Assembly: GCA_963662615.2 (NCBI GenBank)
Contig: CAXXSR010000001.1
Coordinates: 1,312,001-1,376,000, forward strand
Direction: 5' to 3'
Source: Dehalococcoidia bacterium
GTDB taxonomy: Bacteria; Chloroflexota; Dehalococcoidia; Bin125
Length of the DNA stretch: 64,000 bases
The notes below the pieces were generated by a model, which was not told where the DNA came from, did not search any database, and worked only from the letters and a program-made list of their open reading frames with translations. Of this stretch, positions 59,328 through 64,000 are shown piece by piece. Position 1 is the stretch's first letter; every line of letters begins with the position of its first letter. The position numbers were made by a program, and so were the translations under genes.

Positions 59328-60776
59328 ATGGGCTTGATGAGCGCGGAGCAGTATGTCGAATCGCTCCGCGACGGCCGCGAGGTCTGGTTCCGCGGTGAGC
59401 GCGTCCCGGACGTGACCACGCACCCCGTCATCGGCAAGGCCGTCGCCCACGCCAGCATCGACTACGCCATGGCGGAAGATCCCCAATACCGCGATCTCGC
59501 CGTCGTGCGTGAGGACGGCCGCGAATACAGCCGCTACTACAAGATTCCGCGCAACCGCGACGATCTCCTCCAACGCGCACGGCTGATCGAGGCGGCCACC
59601 GCCGCCGCCGACACCCTGGTCCTCCTGATCAAGGAGATTGGCTCGGACGCCCTCTTCGCGCTCCTCACGGTCACCGCCGAGATGGAGCACCGCGACTACC
59701 ATGACCGCGTCCGCGTCTTCTACGAACACTGCCGCGATGGCGACCTCGCCGTGGCGGTCGCCCAAACCGACGTCAAAGGCGACCGCGTCAAGCGGCCCGC
59801 CCAGCAGGCCGACCCGGACCTCTACCTCCGCGTCGTCGCCCGCCGCCCGGACGGCGTCGTCGTGCGCGGCATGAAGATCCACACCTCCGTGTCCCCCAAC
59901 GCGCACGAGATCATCGTCCTGCCCACCCGCGCCATGGCCGACGACGAAGGCGACTGGAGCATCGCCTTCGCCCTCCCCGTCAACACCCCCGGCCTGCGCC
60001 TGCTCGCCAGCCCCTTCGGCGACGGCCCCATGCCCCCCGGCGAGCGGCCCATCGCCTCCAAGCACAAGATGATGGAAACGCTCACCGTCTTTGATGACGT
60101 CTTCGTCCCCAACGAACGCATCTTCCTCAACGGCGAAACGCGCGACGCCGGCAAGCTGGCGCTCACCTTCGTGGAGTATCACCGCTTCACCGCGGTCTCC
60201 TACAAGCTTCCCCTGGTCGACGCCTTGGGCGGCGCCGCCGCCGTCATCGCCGACTTCAACGGCATCCTCGGCGCCGGCCACGTCCGCGAGAAGTTCGTCC
60301 AGCTCATCACCTACGCCGAAACTCTCCGCGCCCTCATCGAGAAGGCCGCGGAGCGCTGCGTCCCCAAGGCCAACGACCAAGTCGCGCCCGACCCCATGAC
60401 CGTGAACATCGCCAAGAGCCACTTCGCCCACGGCTATCACCAGGCCGTCCAGCACGTACAGGATCTGGCCGGCGGCATCCTCGTCACCGGTCCCGGTGAT
60501 GAAGACTGGCAGAATGAAGAGTGGCGCCCGCTCCTCTGCAAGTACCTCGTCGGGCGAGCCGGCGTCGGCGCGGAAGAGCGCATTCGCATGATCAACTTCA
60601 TCCGCGACCTCACCGCCTCCGACTACGGCGCCTACCAAGAAGTGCTCGCCATTCACGCCGAAGGGTCGCTGGAAGCGGAGAAGATGCAGATCGTCCGCGC
60701 CTTCAATGAGAACGGCTCCGCCCAGCGGGTGATCCAACTGGCCTCCCGCATGGCCGGTCTCCGAGCCGGGAGCTGA
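59328..60776 (+). CDS. 4-hydroxyphenylacetate 3-hydroxylase / 4-hydroxybutyryl-CoA dehydratase family flavoprotein
   Basis: YVESLRDGR, QTDVKGDR, RG.K.H, VFDDVFVP.ERIF. Confidence 0.85.
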   Translation: MGLMSAEQYVESLRDGREVWFRGERVPDVTTHPVIGKAVAHASIDYAMAEDPQYRDLAVVREDGREYSRYYKIPRNRDDLLQRARLIEAATAAADTLVLLIKEIGSDALFALLTVTAEMEHRDYHDRVRVFYEHCRDGDLAVAVAQTDVKGDRVKRPAQQADPDLYLRVVARRPDGVVVRGMKIHTSVSPNAHEIIVLPTRAMADDEGDWSIAFALPVNTPGLRLLASPFGDGPMPPGERPIASKHKMMETLTVFDDVFVPNERIFLNGETRDAGKLALTFVEYHRFTAVSYKLPLVDALGGAAAVIADFNGILGAGHVREKFVQLITYAETLRALIEKAAERCVPKANDQVAPDPMTVNIAKSHFAHGYHQAVQHVQDLAGGILVTGPGDEDWQNEEWRPLLCKYLVGRAGVGAEERIRMINFIRDLTASDYGAYQEVLAIHAEGSLEAEKMQIVRAFNENGSAQRVIQLASRMAGLRAGS

Positions 60777-60780
60777 CCCC

Positions 60781-61437
60781 ATGCCGATCCTGCCCGTCTT
60801 CCCGCTCAACTCCGTCGTCTTCCCCGGGCAGCGCCTGCCGCTGCACATCTTTGAGGAGCGCTACCGCCGGCTGGTGCGGGAGGTCATGGACCAGGACGGC
60901 GAGTTCGGCATCGCCCTCATCGTCCGAGGGCGTGAGGTTGGCGGGGACGCCGAACCCGCCGAGGTCGGCTGCGCCGTTCGCATCGCGCAGGCGGAGGAGC
61001 TCGAGGACGGCCGCTTCAACATCGCCTGTGATGGCACCCGCCGCTTCCGCATCCTGGACCTGCTGGGCGAGGATCCCTACTTGCGCGCGCAGGTCGAGTT
61101 CCTCTCTGACCCCAACGACGCCCAATCCAAGCCCGCGCAGGAGCTATCAGCTGAACTCGCTGAGCAGTTCAGCCGCCACCTCCAACTGGTCCTGGCCCTC
61201 CAGAACAGCTGGCAGCGCGGCTTTCGCTTCCCGCGCCCGCCCATTGCCCTCAGCGATCACGTCGCCGGCAACATTGAGATCGCCTCCCGCCTGAAGCAAG
61301 AGGTCCTCCAGGCCGACCGCGTCACGCGGCGACTCGAACTCCTCCTCCGCAGCCTCCGCGTGGAAGATGCGCGCCTGGCCGAACAGGTCAGGCTCCAGCG
61401 CCAGCAGAAGCTCGCCGGGTTGGGCATCCTCAACTAA
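60781..61437 (+). CDS. LON peptidase substrate-binding domain protein
   Basis: LPVFPL..VVFPG..LPLHIFEERY, DGRF.I...G..RF. Confidence 0.9.
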   Translation: MPILPVFPLNSVVFPGQRLPLHIFEERYRRLVREVMDQDGEFGIALIVRGREVGGDAEPAEVGCAVRIAQAEELEDGRFNIACDGTRRFRILDLLGEDPYLRAQVEFLSDPNDAQSKPAQELSAELAEQFSRHLQLVLALQNSWQRGFRFPRPPIALSDHVAGNIEIASRLKQEVLQADRVTRRLELLLRSLRVEDARLAEQVRLQRQQKLAGLGILN

Positions 61438-61563
61438 CCCCACACCCGGGCGAGGTCCGAGGCCCCTCCTGGCCACGGCCATCGTTCCCGCTCCCCCACC
61501 CCTCTGAGCCCGCCGCACGGCTGCTAGACTGCGGGACAGCGGCGGGATCGGGCTGGGGCCGGC

Positions 61564-62004
61564 ATGGGGCGCAAGAACCGCAAGGGCAGACGGCCCGGCG
61601 AGAATCCGCAACGCTTCTATCGCCAGAAGCGCGAGAAGGCCCGCCAGTCTCGCCGCCGCCTTGACGACTCGTACCCCGCCATCCCCGCGACGGGCCCGCC
61701 CGACCCGAATCTCCCCCCGCCGGGCCGCGCCGCCGCCGCCCCCCCTGCCACCGACCCCCCTGCCACCGACCCCCGTAGCGCCGGCGGGGCACGGCCGCTC
61801 GCCGCACCACGGCGGCCCAGCGGGGATTCACGCCGGCCCCAGGCCCGCCCTCGCGTCTGCGGTCGCTGCGCGGAGTGGGTCCCGCGGCACGGTCTCCTGG
61901 GCGGCGCGCTCACCGCTCTCGCCGACCGGGGCGAGTGCCTCCACCCCGGCAGCGGCTTCACCTTCCCCCCCGCCGACATGGACGCCTGCCCCTTCTTTCA
62001 CTAG
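61564..62004 (+). CDS. Hypothetical protein with a C-terminal 4-Cys motif
   Basis: CGRC...GECLH...ACPFF; TGcTAGACT -10 upstream. Confidence 0.55.
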   Translation: MGRKNRKGRRPGENPQRFYRQKREKARQSRRRLDDSYPAIPATGPPDPNLPPPGRAAAAPPATDPPATDPRSAGGARPLAAPRRPSGDSRRPQARPRVCGRCAEWVPRHGLLGGALTALADRGECLHPGSGFTFPPADMDACPFFH

Positions 62005-62234
62005 CACCGCTATTTCACGGGCACAGCGCTGCCAAGAGCCCGGCCGGCGGGCGACGCTCGTGCCATCCTCATCCCTGCAGATGGAGCTCATGCCGGCGGA
62101 TGGAGTCAAGCGACTCGAACGGCCCTACGCGGCAACCGCACGGCGCAGGCATCGCCCTGCCAATCGCTCGCCGACGCCTGCTGCGTCGACCGCGAACGGT
62201 CATCCCAGAAGTGTAGGAAAAACGCGCGAACGCC

Positions 62235-62918
62235 TCAGCCGATCACGGCGGTGAGAGCGGCGTCCAGGTCGGCGCAGTCGGGCAGGAGCACGTCGGCGCC
62301 CGCCGCTCGCAGCTCCTCCTCACTGCCACTGCCTGTCGCCACGGCCACCACCTTGGCGCCAATGGCGTGCCCCGCCGCAATGTCGTGGATTGTGTCGCCC
62401 ACGACCACCACCTCCGCCTCGCCCTCGCTGCCGCGCAGTCGCCGCACGCCGGCCGCCAGGATGGCGGCGCGTTCGGGGGAGTCCTCGCCAAAGCCGCCGT
62501 CGCGGAAGTGGTGCTGAATCCCGAAGTAATCCAGCTTCGCCATCGCCGTGCGGCGGAAGTTGCCGGTTCCCAGCCCCACCACCACGTCGTGCCCTCCCAA
62601 CGTCTCCAAGAGCGGGGCAATGCCGGGGAGAAGAGAGCCCTGGCACTCCGTCAGCGTCCGCGGCAGCTCCGCCGCGTAGGCCGCCAGGAACTCTCGTCGC
62701 ACCGCGCCGTCGTGCGGCTCGCCGTGTGCCCGCAGCGTCTCCTGGACGATCCAGGCGTCGCTACGCCCGGCGATCTCCAGGCCGTCCAGCGCGTCCTGCC
62801 CGTCAGGCAACGACAAGAGGCGCCCAAACGCCCGATTCATCGCGCGCGTACCCGCCCCGTTCGTGATCAGGAGCGTCCCGTCAATGTCGAACAGCAAAAT
62901 GCGCTGGGATCGGCCCAT
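62235..62918 (-). CDS. HAD family hydrolase
   Basis: LFDIDGTL, TGN, VGDT.HD. Confidence 0.9.
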   Translation of the reverse strand: MGRSQRILLFDIDGTLLITNGAGTRAMNRAFGRLLSLPDGQDALDGLEIAGRSDAWIVQETLRAHGEPHDGAVRREFLAAYAAELPRTLTECQGSLLPGIAPLLETLGGHDVVVGLGTGNFRRTAMAKLDYFGIQHHFRDGGFGEDSPERAAILAAGVRRLRGSEGEAEVVVVGDTIHDIAAGHAIGAKVVAVATGSGSEEELRAAGADVLLPDCADLDAALTAVIG

Positions 62919-63033
62919 GGACTCCATCGTACCGCGATGCTGCGGAAGCCGTAGCGCCCCGCTTGACACGGCCGCACACCCCCCCGACGGCGGCCGCCTC
63001 GGCGGCGTTGCGCGTCGCTACAGAGTGCCTGCT

Positions 63034-63375
63034 CTACTTCTCAACCGGCAGCGCCGCCACGATCCAGGCGTCTGTGCCGCCCTCAATGTTGTAGAGGTCG
63101 TTGAATCCGGCGGCGGCGGCGAACTCGCAGGCCACGGCGCTGCGCTGTCCCTTGGCGCAGATGAACATCAGCGGTTTGTCCTTGCCGCCCGCCACCTCTT
63201 CCACCTCACCGGCGCGCTGGTACACGCTCATGTGCGGGATCAGCGGCGCCCCCGCCACGTGCCCCTGCACATACTCGTCCTCTTCGCGACAGTCGATGAT
63301 CGGCACGCCCTTCCGGCGCAGCGCATCCGCTTCCGCCACCGTGATACGTTTGAACGGCTCTTGTGCTTCCGGCAT
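63034..63375 (-). CDS. Rhodanese-like protein
   Basis: ID.RE..EY..GH..GA, CAKGQRS, GG..AW. Confidence 0.9.
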   Translation of the reverse strand: MPEAQEPFKRITVAEADALRRKGVPIIDCREEDEYVQGHVAGAPLIPHMSVYQRAGEVEEVAGGKDKPLMFICAKGQRSAVACEFAAAAGFNDLYNIEGGTDAWIVAALPVEK

Positions 63376-63454
63376 CGATTTTCCAGTCGCTCGGTCCTGA
63401 CTCGCTTCGGCTCAGCCCCGTGCCGGCCTCAGTGTATCATCGCGCCACGTGCCT

Positions 63455-63680
63455 GAAGCGGCGCCCTGCTCCCAAACGCCCGCCTTCCCGCTGCCGCCGA
63501 CCGCAGCGGGCCTGACACCCCCAGCGGGAAAGAGCACGAAAACGGCGATCTGTTGACCTCCAATTTCATGCTCACGTAGCCTTCCCAATGACGAAGCCGC
63601 GTCCTGCTCCAACACGCGCGCCATTCCGCTGCCACCGACCGCGCGGCGCCTCACGCCCCCTGCGGGAAGGAGCACGAAAA
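63455..63680 (+). repeat. Two 88-bp imperfect direct repeats, period 138 bp, upstream of acs
   Basis: 63455-63542 vs 63593-63680 align without gaps, 16 mismatches by manual count. Confidence 0.85.
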
Positions 63681-63685
63681 AACTG

Positions 63686-64000
63686 ATGGCGACGCCCGCA
63701 ACCGCTCTGCCCACCCATGAGGTCTACCCTCCCCCCGCGCGCGTGCGTGACGACGCGCTCGTCTCCAGCCTCCACGACTATCAGCGCCTCTACCAACGCA
63801 GCATCGACGACCCTGACGCCTTTTGGCGGGAGATGGCCGATCAGCACCTCAATTGGATTGAGCCCTTCCGCACCGTCGTCGAGGAGGACCTCCGCACCGG
63901 CAAGATCGGCTGGTTCCTCGGCGGGAAGCTGAACGTCGCTGCCAACTGCCTCGACCGACACCTCGACACGCGCGGCGACAAAGTGGCGATTCTCTGGGAA
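63686..64000 (+). CDS. acs: Acetyl-CoA synthetase, 5' part (runs off the window)
   Basis: Manual translation MATP...LYQRSIDDPDAFW...WFLGGKLNVAANCLDRHL..RGDKVAILWE; AGGAG RBS. Confidence 0.92.
   Translation, partial: MATPATALPTHEVYPPPARVRDDALVSSLHDYQRLYQRSIDDPDAFWREMADQHLNWIEPFRTVVEEDLRTGKIGWFLGGKLNVAANCLDRHLDTRGDKVAILWE

Overview
High-GC bacterial chromosomal window made up of housekeeping and accessory metabolic genes. The gene content (cofC/cofD for F420, paired class III CoA-transferases, class II RNR, a UGSC selenoprotein, DUF3105 proteins) suggests Chloroflexota/Dehalococcoidia; this is inference, not a database result. I found no rRNA, tRNA, CRISPR array, prophage or transposase. About 60 genes can be supported, including folP, cnoX, cofD/cofC, nrdJ, cobB, nfo, dut, zur-znuACB, an ECF sigma/anti-sigma pair, iscA/iscS, a detached nuoB-nuoI-nuoG-like trio, hisG and a partial acs. 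The most notable features are missed by the ORF track. (1) An in-frame TGA at 9528-9530 joins two ORFs into a UGSC-type selenoprotein (U-G-S-C-T-T-C), encoded just after a thioredoxin-fold CxxC fusion partner; together they look like a two-protein Se/thiol redox system of unknown function. (2) A promoter, 17-codon peptide, alternative hairpins and terminator form an attenuator-like cassette upstream of the sirtuin gene. (3) An 88-nt structured leader is tandemly duplicated upstream of acs. (4) Several genes appear leaderless, and there are candidate NrdR and Zur boxes, a frameshifted HD gene and a truncated metal/B12-binding protein remnant. All protein calls come from motif recognition only.
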